Below are positions 11,885-23,339 of a DNA stretch of 48,536 nt, one piece after another. The stretch covers positions 2,838,782-2,887,317 of the forward strand of contig NC_057753.1 of assembly GCF_004010195.1 (NCBI RefSeq). Reading direction: 5' to 3'. Origin of the DNA: Chiloscyllium plagiosum (Eukaryota). The stretch's first letter is position 1. Each line of letters starts with the position of its first letter. The position numbers and the translations under genes were made by a program. The notes under the pieces were generated by a model. It saw nothing but the letters and a program-made list of their open reading frames with translations, was not told the origin of the DNA and did no database searches.

Positions 11885-12490
11885 TATTACGGACCAGGCC
11901 AGACTCCCTCAAAGCATTTCAAGTATGCAGCCCAGATTTTAACTTTTCTGGTTGATTTAAACAGGTGCAACACGGTTCTTCCAGAAGGGGTTCAGTTGGC
12001 CAAAACACAGTATTTTTTTAAAACAAAACAGAATTTATTTACAAAAGTACAACCAAAAGAGAACAGAACACAGAATAACCTAACCTATCTGAAAACTTCG
12101 GCGGGTCGGTGTGGACTTGTGGGCCGAAGGGCCTGTTTCCACACTGTAAGTAATCTAATCTGTAAGTAATCTAATCTAATCTAGAAAACCTTGTACTCTA
12201 TCCCAATGTAATGTTGCTGTTCCAAATACTTGCAACAATCCCCATAAGCACCCCTTGGCACATAAGGGGTCTTCCAGGAGACATGTCAGAGAAAGAGATA
12301 GCCTCAGCAAAGACCTGCTTCTTAGGTCAAGGATAGCATAACCTTCTTAAATGAGCAGCATCATCGCAACAATCAAGCGAAAGGTTTCATTCTCAAACAG
12401 AGCTATTGGAAATGGCATGTGATGAGGTTTCAGTTGGCTGTCTTTCCTTAAAGGCTGCACTACCCCACTGCTAAAAAGACCTTGTTATTA
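11885..12490 (-). mobile_element. Probable solo LTR (Gypsy-type), degenerate
   Basis: Reverse complement of 11885-11925 (cttgaaatgctttgagggagtctggcctggtccgtaata) resembles the LTR end at about 13830-13869. The far boundary is uncertain. Confidence 0.5.
12097..12183 (+). mobile_element. Heavily 5'-truncated HE1 SINE (3' tail only)
   Basis: ggcgggtcggtgtggacttgtgggccgaagggcctgtttccacactgtaagtaatctaatct matches the tail of the copy at 18266-18573. Flanked by GAAAAC at 12091-12096 and 12184-12189 (candidate TSD). Confidence 0.85.
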
Positions 12491-13319
12491 AAATAGAAAC
12501 TATGCCAGCTTGAACATTCATTCCAGACCTTTGCCCTTGTATGTGTAAGTTTCCACCGAATATACTGATTCAATCAATGTGCAAAATGTAGAAAAAATGG
12601 GTACAGTCTGAGACATTGCTGCATGTTCAGTCATTATTTGGGAATGATTATATCATTGTCAGAGTCAATCATACAACAGTTCTAACTTTGGACAGTACCT
12701 CACAAACTAAAGATTTGAGCTAACAGCGTGAAGGTTCTCTGCCATGATCATTGAGTATATGACAACAGAAACGTGTTTGTTCATAAAGTTTTCGTTATTC
12801 AACAGAAAAATCTGATAATATTACATTAAGGCATTCCCAGTAACAATGGTAATAAAAAGAACTAACAACATGAGACGTAAACTGGATATTGTATAAATCA
12901 AGTAACTGAAGTGAGGGAATGAAGCAAGACAAAATAAAACAACAAAGATAAAGACGAAAATTATTTACTAGCATGAGCAGAAACTATGCAGGAAGAAGGA
13001 AGAAATAACAGTATGAAATGTGACAAAGTATAACATTGGTGTCTTCAAATTACTCCAGCGAAGCAAATCGTAATGATAAAATTTTGATATAATGTTGTTA
13101 AATGGGTTAAGAATGCAAAAATGAGCAAACTATGATTTTAAACATGATCTTAACCATTGCAAACCGATCTACCACGTTGAGTTGAACATGTCAAACGCAA
13201 ATAGGCGGAATTGAGGTTACTCGTGGTGTGATAATACTACGGCTGCAAGAGACATGTTACGTTCTATTTAATTTTATGAAGAAAGGTTGCAACAGTTCGG
13301 TTGAGCAGTTTGCTCCAAA

Positions 13320-15215
13320 ACCAATGAAGTGGGGTGTGTGATGTTGTTTCTCTTTTAAATTTAGATTAGTAGAAGCAGGGTCAGCGAGTTTGCTGACGCT
13401 CCCACAGAGACATGAACTTGTTTTAGTTTTAGCTTCCGGTAATATTTGTTGGAATATTGAATCCGGTTGTGGAAGCTCTTATTCCTCTTCGTTACAGATA
13501 TAAAAAAACAAGAGTTCTATTCCATGTGAGACAATATACTGAAATGACTTTGTGTTAGTCAAGATTGTTTTTTCTTATGAGATGTTACCATACTGGAGCA
13601 GTTAATTAGTAGTAGTTAATAAAACTAATATTTTGTTTAGCACTTTGATAAATTTACAGTTCAGCCAATTTATTTATTTTATTTTTACTTTGACTGTGCT
13701 TTAATGATAGTGTATGAATAATATAGGTTTTACTTCAAACTTGGTAGTTTGACCAATCCAACTGCACCCGAAGCACAACGCCTCATACATACCTTATAAC
13801 AAGAAAATACGTTCGAGTGTAAATAACCTTCTTAATATATTTTGTGGGGGTTTGATTTTGGCCATAGCAAATTGGCAGCTCTTGTCAGGACCAAAATCTC
13901 AAATTCCAGTTTCGGTTCAGGAATACTGCAGTGAAAGGCAGGGGATGGTGTGTGTTCGTGTATTTTTATTTCGGGTGTTAATTGGTTTGGTTCAAGTAAT
14001 GTGTGACTTGTCTCGTAATTGTTCTTTCAGGCATTACGAGTTTACTGGGATGGAAGAAATCATTTTGGGAGTTTTACAGAAAGTGAGCAAAGCAAAGCGA
14101 ATGGAAATGGCAGAAAAGATGAAGTTGGGGTTATCTTTCTGTTTGTGGGCCGTATCTAATAATTTTAGAAAGTAACACATTCACTCTTGTACAATCAATC
14201 GAATCATGATATACAAAATGGCATGGATTCCAGAAATCTTGCGGACACGTCCATCATGGTCAACGAATATTGCTTTGTACTTCTTTGTTTTAGGTTGGGA
14301 TCGTATGCAATTAATTAAGTCTCTCATGAATGGTTCCTCAAATGCGAGAATATCTCGTAAGGGTGCTGGTTGTAACACTGTCTGAGGTTTTCCAATAACC
14401 TCACACTTAGGCCAGAAGAAGGCAAAGGGTTGGTGGTTTAGGAAAACCACTGAAAAAACAGATTTGAGAAATCAGGATATGCAGGGAGTTTTGGAGAAGT
14501 AGGAATGCAAAGCACAGTCGAAGCTAAAAGGCTCACCAGAATGCAAAAAGTGGTCAGTGGTTGATTGTGAAGAGGTTTGCTTATGTATGCCAGTCGGAAT
14601 AGGTAAAAAAAAAGGTTAAATTGTCAGGGATATGGGAAAAAGTCAATCTCTGAAGTTAGAGTTTACGAGGCATGTGATTCAGATGGCCTATTGTCAACAA
14701 TTGGGGTAATATGTGGAAATCACGGGAGGAAGAGCAGTGTCCCATTATATAAAGTGAAAATGGAGAGTCCGGGTTAAGGTAGCGAAGGGGTGCAAAGACA
14801 AATGGAGAAAATCTTTGTTCTGGAAATACAGTTTATCCTTGGTAGAGTAACAGATGAATCACAGGTGGCAGTGTTTCCAATTACAGTCGAAATGCCAGTG
14901 GACAATCAACTGTGATGTTGAACGAAGTATATCCTGAAATTTTGCCGAAATGGGTTGTAGCAAGTTCACAAAGCCATACTTTGAAATAGTTCGAGAAATC
15001 AAAGAATGAAGATGAAGAAGCTGAATTTCAATCATCAGAAACAATACTGCTCAGGTAGCTGGACAGAAACAGGAACCATTGTATGAAAAAGTGGATAGAT
15101 TTAGGTCAGAGAAATTAGTTTAATTACAGAAGAAAGATGGAAAACCAACCTAATTGTTCCAAAGAGTGTAAACAAAAAAGAATTTGCCCCTATGTCAGTA
15201 TGCTGCTATCTGAAA
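13320..15215 (+). mobile_element. Gmr1-like Ty3/Gypsy LTR retrotransposon remnant (LTR, decayed PBS, gag/protease region, inverted integrase fragment)
   Basis: LTR-like end ccatagca at 13869, followed by tggcagctcttgtcagga (resembles the tRNA-Pro PBS TGGGGGCTCGTCCGGGA). Gag-like LGVLQKVSKAKRMEMAEKMKLGL on +. Integrase-like CEVIGKPQTVLQPAPLRDILAFEEPFMRDLINC on - at about 14181-14410. Confidence 0.72.
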
Positions 15216-15590
15216 AGTGACGGACCCGGCATTTCTTTTTTGACACGATCATTATAGTGCAACAGTAATTACAATTCAAAATGAACTTCCTTATCTTTCA
15301 AATAATTGTGGACGTCTTCGTTTTGCTTTATGCCATAATTCTTTTTTACTGCCAATGAGGACGATAGAATCCAAAGGTGAGGTATTTGTTCCCATGTCCT
15401 ATCTCGAGCTGTTTCTATCCTCGAAAGTATCACTTGCTTTTGTCTACGTATTTCCTTATGCATATTTCTGCCTAGCTATGGTGTCATGAGCAGTGTCCAA
15501 CTCTCCTTTTTGTTCTTTCCATCTCTTTACTACCCTCTATTTGATCACACTTTCTAATGAAAATAACGCCTGCCTTAATAAATAATTATA

Positions 15591-18500
15591 CAAAGAGAAC
15601 AAAGAACAAAGAAAATTTACAGCCCAGGAACAGGCCCTTCGGCTCTCCAAGTCAGAGCCAATCCAAATCCACTGTCTAAACCTATCGCCCAATTCCTACG
15701 CATCTGTATCCCTCTGCTCCCCACCTACTCATGCATCTGTCCAGACGCACCTTAAACGAATCTACCGTGCCTGCCTCCACTACCTCTGTAGGCAACACGT
15801 TCCAGACATCCACTACCCTCTGTGTAAAGTACTTGCCGCGTGTATCCCCGTTAAACTTTTCACCTCTCACCTTGAACGCGTGACCTCTCGTTATTCAATC
15901 CCCTCAGCCTGGGAGAAAGATTATCTCTATCGACCCTGTTTATACCCTTCATGATTTTGTAGACCTCAATCAGGTCCTCCCTCAACCTCCTTTTTTTCTA
16001 ATAAAAGCAATCCTAACCTACTCAACCTCTCTTCATAGCTAGCACCTTCTATGCCAGGCAACATCGTCGTAAACCTTCTCTGCACTCTCTCCAAAGCGTC
16101 CACATCCTTTTGGTAATGTGGCGACCAGAACTGTACACAGTATTCTAAATGTGGCCGAACCAATGTCTTGTACAATTTTAACATGACCTGCTGCTCTTTT
16201 ACTCAATACCCCGTCCAATGAAGGCAAGCATACCATATGTTTTCTTGACCACTCTGTCCACCTGTGCAGCCACCTTCGTGGAGCAATGGACCTCACCTCT
16301 GAGATCTCTCTGCCCATCAACTTTTACCAAGGCTCTTCCATTTACTGTATAACTCGCTCCAGAATTAGACTCCTAAAAATGTAACAATTCACATTTGCCT
16401 GGATTGAACACCATCTGTTACTTGTCCGCCCAACTCTCTAATCGATCTATATTCTCCCGTATTCCTTGACAGTCCCCTATGTTTTCTGCTATTCCATCAA
16501 TCTTCTTGTCATCTGCAAACTTGCTGATCAGATCCACAACGCCCTCTTCCAGATCATTTATGTATATTACAAGCCACAGTGGCCCCAGCACTGATCCCTG
16601 TGGGACACCACTGGTCACCTTTCTCCATTTTCAGAAACTCCCTTCAACTACTACTCTCTGTCTCCTGTTGCTCAACCAGTACTTTATCCACCTATTTAGA
16701 ACACCCTGCACACAATGTGACTTCAACTTCTTCATTAGTTTACCATTGGAAACCTTATCAAACGCCTTTTTAAAGTCCATCTTTATGACATCTACAGCTC
16801 TTCTTTCATCTATCAACGTGTCACTTCCTCAAAGAACTCAATTAAGTTGATAAGGCACGATCTACCCCGCACAAAACCATGCTGTCTATCACTAATAAAC
16901 CTATTCTTTTCCAAATATAAATAGATTTTATCCCTCAGTGCCTTCTCCAGCAACTTCCCACCACTGATGTTAGGTTCACTGGTCTGTAGTTGCCTGGAGT
17001 ATTAATACTACCTTTTTTGAACAGGCCGGTAACCTGAGCAAACCTGCAGTCCTCCAGCACTTCACCTGTGTTTAACGATGCTGCAACTATATCTGTCAGG
17101 GCCCCAGCTATTTCCTTTCTCACCTCCCTCAGCAACCTGGGAAAGATCCCATCTCATCCTGGGGATTTGTCCACCTTAATATTCTTTAGTATACCCAACA
17201 CATCTTCGCACCTACTGTCAACGTGATCCAGAGTAAACAAACTTCTATCTCTAGTCTCAGCATTCATCATTTCCCGTTCCTCAGTGAACACAGATGCAAA
17301 GTATTCATTCAGAGTCTCAACCATTTTCTCAGTCTTGACACACAACCTTCCTTCCTTATCCTTTATTGGACCAACCCTTTCTCTGGTTACCCTCTTGTTT
17401 CAAATATAAGAATAAGAGACCTTGGGATTTTCCCAAATTCTGCTCGCCAAAGCTATTTCATGACCCTTTTTAGCCCGTTTGATTCCTCGTTTATGAATGG
17501 TACTACTCACCCGATATTCCTCCAAGGGACATTCTGTTCTTAGCTGCTTGGATCTTATTTACGCTTCCCTTTTTCTCTTTGTTAGTCACACGATTTCTCC
17601 TGTCATCCACGGTCCACGAATCTTGCCTTTCCTATCACTTGTTTTCAAAGGGACATGTCTTCCCTGCGCTATCTTCATGTTATCTTTGAACGCCTCCCAC
17701 ATATCAAATGTGGACTTTCCTTCAAATAGCTGTATCCAATCGACATTTCCCAGCTCCTGCCTAATTTTGACATCATAGACCTAGGCCCAGTTTAGCACTC
17801 ATCACTTAGGACTACTCTCATCTTTGTCGATGAGTATTCTAAAACTTACAGAATTGTTATCACTATTCCTAAAGGAATCACCCACTGCAACCTTTACCAC
17901 GTGTCCTGGCTCATTCCGCAACACCAAGTCAATATGGCCCTTTCCCTTGTTGGTGTATTAACATACGACTGGAGAAAACATTCCTGGGCGCTCCTAACAA
18001 ACTCTGCCCCATTCAGACTTCTAACACGAAGTGTATCCCAATCAGTGTTGGGAAAGTTAAAATCTCCCATCACCACTACCCTGTTGCTTCTACACCTTTC
18101 CATAATCTGTTTACCTATTTGTTTTCTACTTCATGCTCACTCTTGGGGTGCCTGTAATACAGCCCCACCAATGTAACTGCGCCCTTCTTATTTCTCAGTT
18201 CCACCCATAACACCTCACTGTTCAAGACCTCCATAGCGTCCTTCATTAACACAGCCATGATATTAGATTAGATTACTTACAGTGTGGAAACAGGCCCTTC
18301 GGCCCAACAAGTCCACACCGCCCCACCGAAGCGCAACCCACCCATACCCCTACATTTACCCCTTACCTAACACTACGGGCAATTTCGCATGGCCAATTCA
18401 CCTGACCTGCACATCTTTGGACTGTGGGAGGAAACCGGAGCACCCAGAGGAAACCCACGCAGACACGGGGAGAACGTGCAAACTCCACACAGTCAGTCGC

Positions 18501-18950
18501 CTGAAGCGGGAATTGAACCCAGGTCTCTGGCGCTGTGAGGCAGCAGTGTTAACCACTGTGCCACCGTGCCGCCATATTATGCCTGACCATCAGTGAAACT
18601 CCTCCCCACCCCTTTTACATCCCTCCCTATCCCGTCTGAAGCATCTATAACCCAGAACATTTAGTTGCCAATCATGCCCTTCATTCAACCAAGTCTCTGC
18701 TCGCAATAACGGCACCAATCTAAGTTCTAAGTTCTTCTGCCTTACCCACTATTCTCCTTGCATTAAAGTATATGCACTTCATACCGCCGGTTCTTTTGTG
18801 TTGATCTGCACTCTGCCTACTCTTTCTCTTGGCCATGCTAACTTTGTGATGCTTACAGTCTCCACTTTCCATCTCACTGTCTAGTAGTCTTCTCTCCTGG
18901 TTTCCAAACCCCTGCCACACAACTTTAAAACATCTCCAACAGCAGCATTT
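15591..18950 (-). mobile_element. CR1/HER1-type LINE covering most of ORF2 (APE endonuclease plus RT), frameshifted
   Basis: Fragments [76 protein letters not shown] and RPHLEYCVQFWSPH in the expected order. (caaagaa)n tail at about 15591. Confidence 0.95.
18266..18573 (-). mobile_element. Full-length HE1-type tRNA-derived SINE nested in CR1
   Basis: Reverse complement starts ggcggcacggtggcacagtggttaacact (A-box-like) and contains gggttcaattccc (B-box-like). It ends in a (taatc)n tail. TSD ATATTA at 18260-18265 and 18574-18579. Confidence 0.95.
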
Positions 18951-19789
18951 ATCTCAGCATTTTTCCTGATGATTCCTACGCACAGTCGAGAAGGAATCAC
19001 GATTTTCCATGGTTAAACTCTCACACAAGACATAAATTAAAAACACCAGGCATCACTTCTCTGTCTGCGTGACGTAAATGTTAATCAGATAGTAGAAGTC
19101 GTAAAACTAAAGGTGTGGTAGAATCTTTTTTTATGGATAAGACGTAGACTTGTTAGCTATGGCTTTATTTAGAGGTGTTGGTACAGAGAGCAGAAAGAAG
19201 AATGCCTGTACTTATTTAAGGCATTGCTGTATGCAAGTTTGCTGCATTGACTTTATTTTTTCCATAATTCTTACTTTCGAGTTCGGCTCCATTTGACTGG
19301 AAACAGGAAATGCATCTCTTTAATTTAGCAAAAGCGCAATAAGACAGTCAGTGGTAAAATTCATGCCTGTCAGATTACCTTCTATCATAGTCATAATGTC
19401 AGAAAATACGGATAAATAATTTATAGTAGGGAACTTGGAAAACGTTAAGGTATTCAGATAGAGTCAATATATGGCTTTCGAAGAACACAGTGAGTGACTA
19501 GCTGAACATTGGTTCTAATGTGGCAGTGGAAGTTCAACTCTTCCAAAACGTGATGACATCTAAAACTCTGCTGCCCACACCTTGACTCGTCAAAAATCGT
19601 ATTCCAATTATTAGAGTGTAGAAAGGCAATAATCAATCTACAAAATATTCGTGTCTAATTTAAGTGCGTGGACAAACATCTGACAAAAGGACCGCAGGGT
19701 AGGAAATTATGAAATGTTCCAACATGACATAAGGAAAGAAAGGAGAACCATATTACGTAATTGTTTGGAGATTTCAGAGCTTTGCATGC

Positions 19790-20140
19790 TGGGAGATCTG
19801 AACGTCCCAGTCCATGAATCACAAAACATATGCATGCAGGTAGAGCAAGTAATCAGGAATGTTGAGTAACTGTTCTATTCTATTGTGAGGGAAATTGAAT
19901 AGAAGAGTTGTGAGGTTATGTTTCAGTTGTAGAAGACGTAGGTAATACAGCATCTGAAGTTTTGTGTGCAGTACTGTTCACTGCATTTATGGAAGGTTGG
20001 TTTCATTCTGGAAACAATTTATTTCAGATTTATCTTGTGAGGAAAGGCTGGCCAGGCTAGGTTTGTAAAATTGTGAATTTCAATGAGACAGACGAATCCT
20101 AATTGAAAAATGCAAGATACTCAGGGTCATTGACCCAATG
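19790..20140 (+). mobile_element. Old CR1 LINE 3' fragment
   Basis: Degenerate match to the CR1 C-terminal region (gaatagaagag...gttatgtttcagttgta, tgtgtgcagtactg, tcttgtgaggaaaggctgg). Confidence 0.65.
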
Positions 20141-20149
20141 CATTTGGGA

Positions 20150-20266
20150 ATCATGTCCGAAACGTTGATCGTCCTGCTCCTCGGATGCTGCCTGACTTGC
20201 TGTGCTTTTCCAGCGACATACTCTCGACCTTGATAAAGCACCAGCATCTGCAGTCCTCACTTTCTC
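20150..20266 (+). mobile_element. Penelope-like terminal (pLTR) fragment
   Basis: ccgaaacgttgat...ctgctcctc...gctgtgcttttcc...cagcatctgcagtcct matches the terminus at about 40056-40156. Confidence 0.8.
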
Positions 20267-20670
20267 CTCCTCAATATTTTAACCATCAGACATGTTCTCG
20301 CAGCTGCTAATGCTCACTGATGGCCAGGAGCCCATAGGAATGCATGGTATCAGATTGACCCAGAAATGGAGAAAAGGAGAAAGTCCAAAATTTTATTTTC
20401 TGTGTCTCTGGAAGCTTAATCCTGTCCTAATCATTAATTCTTATAACATTCCCCTGTGTTCAATTTGCAAATATTTTTCTTTTATTTGTCACCTTCAAAT
20501 TCCACCGAGTCCAATGTTATTCTGGAGGAAAGCGGTTATATGCTTCAGCTCTTGAGCTCCTGCGTTAACCAGTTCATTTATGCAGGTACCCAGGACAAAT
20601 TTGGAAAGGAGTTAATGAATGGGATAAACACTCTTTGAATCTGACTGTTACGTTATTGAAACGTGGGCAA
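20263..20670 (+). pseudogene. GPR139-like: GPR139/GPR142-like GPCR pseudogene fragment (end of TM5 to C-terminus)
   Basis: LLNILTIRHVLAA...*...QIDPEMEKRRKSKILF / VSGSLILS* / ILEESGYMLQLLSSCVNQFIYAGTQDKFGKELMNG. At least two in-frame stops and two frameshifts relative to the intact paralogue. Confidence 0.9.
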
Positions 20671-21084
20671 CATTCAAACCCAAAATAAATTAAAAGCTAT
20701 ATTATGTTCTTTACGTTTGACATTTCTCACATCGTTTTTACGTTCCAAAACATCGTCGTTTCATTTCAGACCCTCACTCACTTTATAATTTTAATACTGC
20801 TTTCAGACCTCACAGTTCTCTTTTGGTTTTCTCCTCGCAATCAAACTTCGTTCATTTTAAAAAGAGTCGGTGAATAATTTGGCACCAACGTGGGAATTAA
20901 AGTTTACAAATTCTCATCTGTACTTGTATACCATTTTAAACTGTTGAGATAAAACAGAAACAAAGCTTTGTTATGCATCTGTCGAACAAACTGAAAATAA
21001 GGGTAGACACTTAAGTGTCACTGTAAAATCATCATGCATTATATATCGCAAAAAATTACGATCCTGAAGGTCCGAAACCAAAAA

Positions 21085-21225
21085 AAACACTAATTGCTGA
21101 AGAAACGCAGCAGGCCAAGAAGCAACATTGGACAGCTGGAGTCAACATTGCTCGTCCAGTGACCTTTCTGAAGAAGCGTCACTGGACTGGAAACATGAAC
21201 TCTACTTTCTCTCCTCATCCGTAGA
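21085..21225. mobile_element. Degenerate inverted Penelope-like terminal pair
   Basis: Inverted repeat gtccagtgac (21154-21163) / gtcactggac (21178-21187) around ctgaaga, followed by ggaaac. Confidence 0.55.
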
Positions 21226-22009
21226 TTATCATTTATATTGTCAGCATCTCAGCACCATTTGTCTGTTCGTTACTTTGGGAACAAAAGAGTAACTGCAGAA
21301 AATGAACTAACACAATTAATCTTCCTATTTTACATTCCAGACGTTGTGTTCAAAATGGTCAAATGAGTCGTCATTCTAGTGGTCATCAGGTCGAGACGAA
21401 GTCATATGTTTTTCTAACTAAATCCCAATTATACGTACCAAATTAATGACTAATATATCTGCCAAATTGTTGGAATGATATCATTAATATTGGAAGTTTA
21501 CAAAAGAACACTTCATGCACAAATAAACAACAACTGCAATGAAGATAGATTTATGGAATGTTCTTCGCGATTAATCTCTCTCTCTCTATCTTCTTCAGTG
21601 CTGGGAACGTACCAGGAAAGCTGATTTCCCATGACTCATTCCCGCTTTTGTTTGATCGGACGTGAAAAACTACCTGTAACTGAGTGTGCTGTTGAGGCAT
21701 TTCAGAGAGCCGTTTAGAGCCAGATACCATTTGTCAGGTATTGAATCCCATACAGGCATATGATGATTAATTTGTAGTCTAAAGTACATTAGCGAACTGG
21801 ACTTTGAATGACAATCCGGAAGATGGACTTTACTCATTAAATGAGATGAAAATTTTGTTGTCAATGACTTAATTAACTGGATTAAAATAACCTGAATATC
21901 ATTTGATGCACTCATTTGCTCATCATGGACTTTTCCCAACAGCGGCAAAATTCACAATATCCACTTATAAGTCAATGGCAGAATTCCACAATCATTCAAT
22001 ATATGAACA

Positions 22010-23255
22010 ATAAAAAAGAACAAAGAAAATTACAGCACAGAAACAGGCCCTTCAGCCTCTCAGCCTGCACTGATCCATATCCTCCGTCTAAACCTGTCGT
22101 TGGTTTTCCAAGGATCTGTTTCCTTCTGCTCCCTGCCCATTAATGTATCTGTCTAGATACATCTTAAATGACGTGATAGTGGCCACCTTTAACACCTTCG
22201 CTGCCATTGTGTTTCACCCACGAACCAACACCGTAGGTTTCCTCCGGGTGCTCGTGGGTTTTCTTTGGTTTCCCTGGTTTCCTCTCAAAATCCAAAGACG
22301 TGCCGGTCTGGTGAACTGGCCATGCGAAAATAAACATAAGATTCAGGGATGTGCAGGTTAAGTGCATCAGTCAGGGGTAAATATAGAATGATAGGCAATT
22401 AGTTTGATTTGGATATTCTTTGGAGGGTCGGGATAGACTTGATTCATTGTAGAGATTCTAAGAAATTCTAACGATATCTGCATAAAGAACTTTCCACGCA
22501 TATCTCCCTGAAACCTTTACAACTCATCTTGAAGCCATGACTGCTAGAATTTAATCCCATACTCTGGCAAATAGTTTCGTGCTGAAAACCCTGTCTATAT
22601 CTCTCATGATTTTGTGGACCTCAACTTGGTCGTCGCCTCAACGTGTCTTTTGAAAGAAAATAATCCGAATCTACTTTAAGTCTCATCATAGATAACGCCC
22701 TGCATAACAAACAACAAGTGTTGAAGCTTCTCTGCACCCTCTCCAATTCATCCCCACTCGTATGGTAATGGTGTGACCTGAACTGTACACAGTATTCCAA
22801 ATGTGGCCAAAACAAAACCCTATACATCTGTAACAAGACTTGCCAATTATTGTACCCAATGCCCTTCTCTATTATCCGATATTTACCCCTGGCTAATGCA
22901 CCTAATCAAAATATTGCTGATCACAATGGGCAAATTAGCCTGGTCAATTGATCTAACCTGCACATCTTTTTGATTGTGGGATGAAACGAGAGCACCCAGA
23001 GGAAACTAACACAGACAAGAGGAGAATGTACAAACTCCTCACAGACAGTCACCGAAGGCTGGAGTCAAACCTGTGTCCCTGGCACTTTGAGACAGTGGTG
23101 TTAACCAGTGAGCCACCATGCCATACGTTCTGTCAAGCTACTTCTCTGTCCATCAAGCTAGTAAACCCTGGACCCCATGTGACTTCACTTTCCTCTTTCC
23201 CCTGCCATGTGGAATCCTTACCAGACACCTTTCTGAATATCCTTGGTGTTCCCAT
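22010..23255 (-). mobile_element. Old CR1 3' fragment interrupted by two HE1-like SINE pieces (about 22232-22470 on +, about 22870-23122 on -)
   Basis: CR1 tail (aaagaacaaagaaaattacagc) at about 22015 and WPHLEYCVQF in ORF 22621..22836. SINE pieces match 18266-18573 (ggtttcctccgggtgctc; gagcacccagaggaaac). Confidence 0.8.
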
Positions 23256-23339
23256 GAAAAAGACATTGATATAAGCAGATATTTACGGGAGTGTTTATAC
23301 TTGCACCAAACAAAAAAGGACGAAAAGCAAATGAATTCA

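Noticed and set aside
18500..18573. tRNA-like sequence
   Set aside because: It is the head of an HE1 SINE with tail and TSD, not a tRNA gene.
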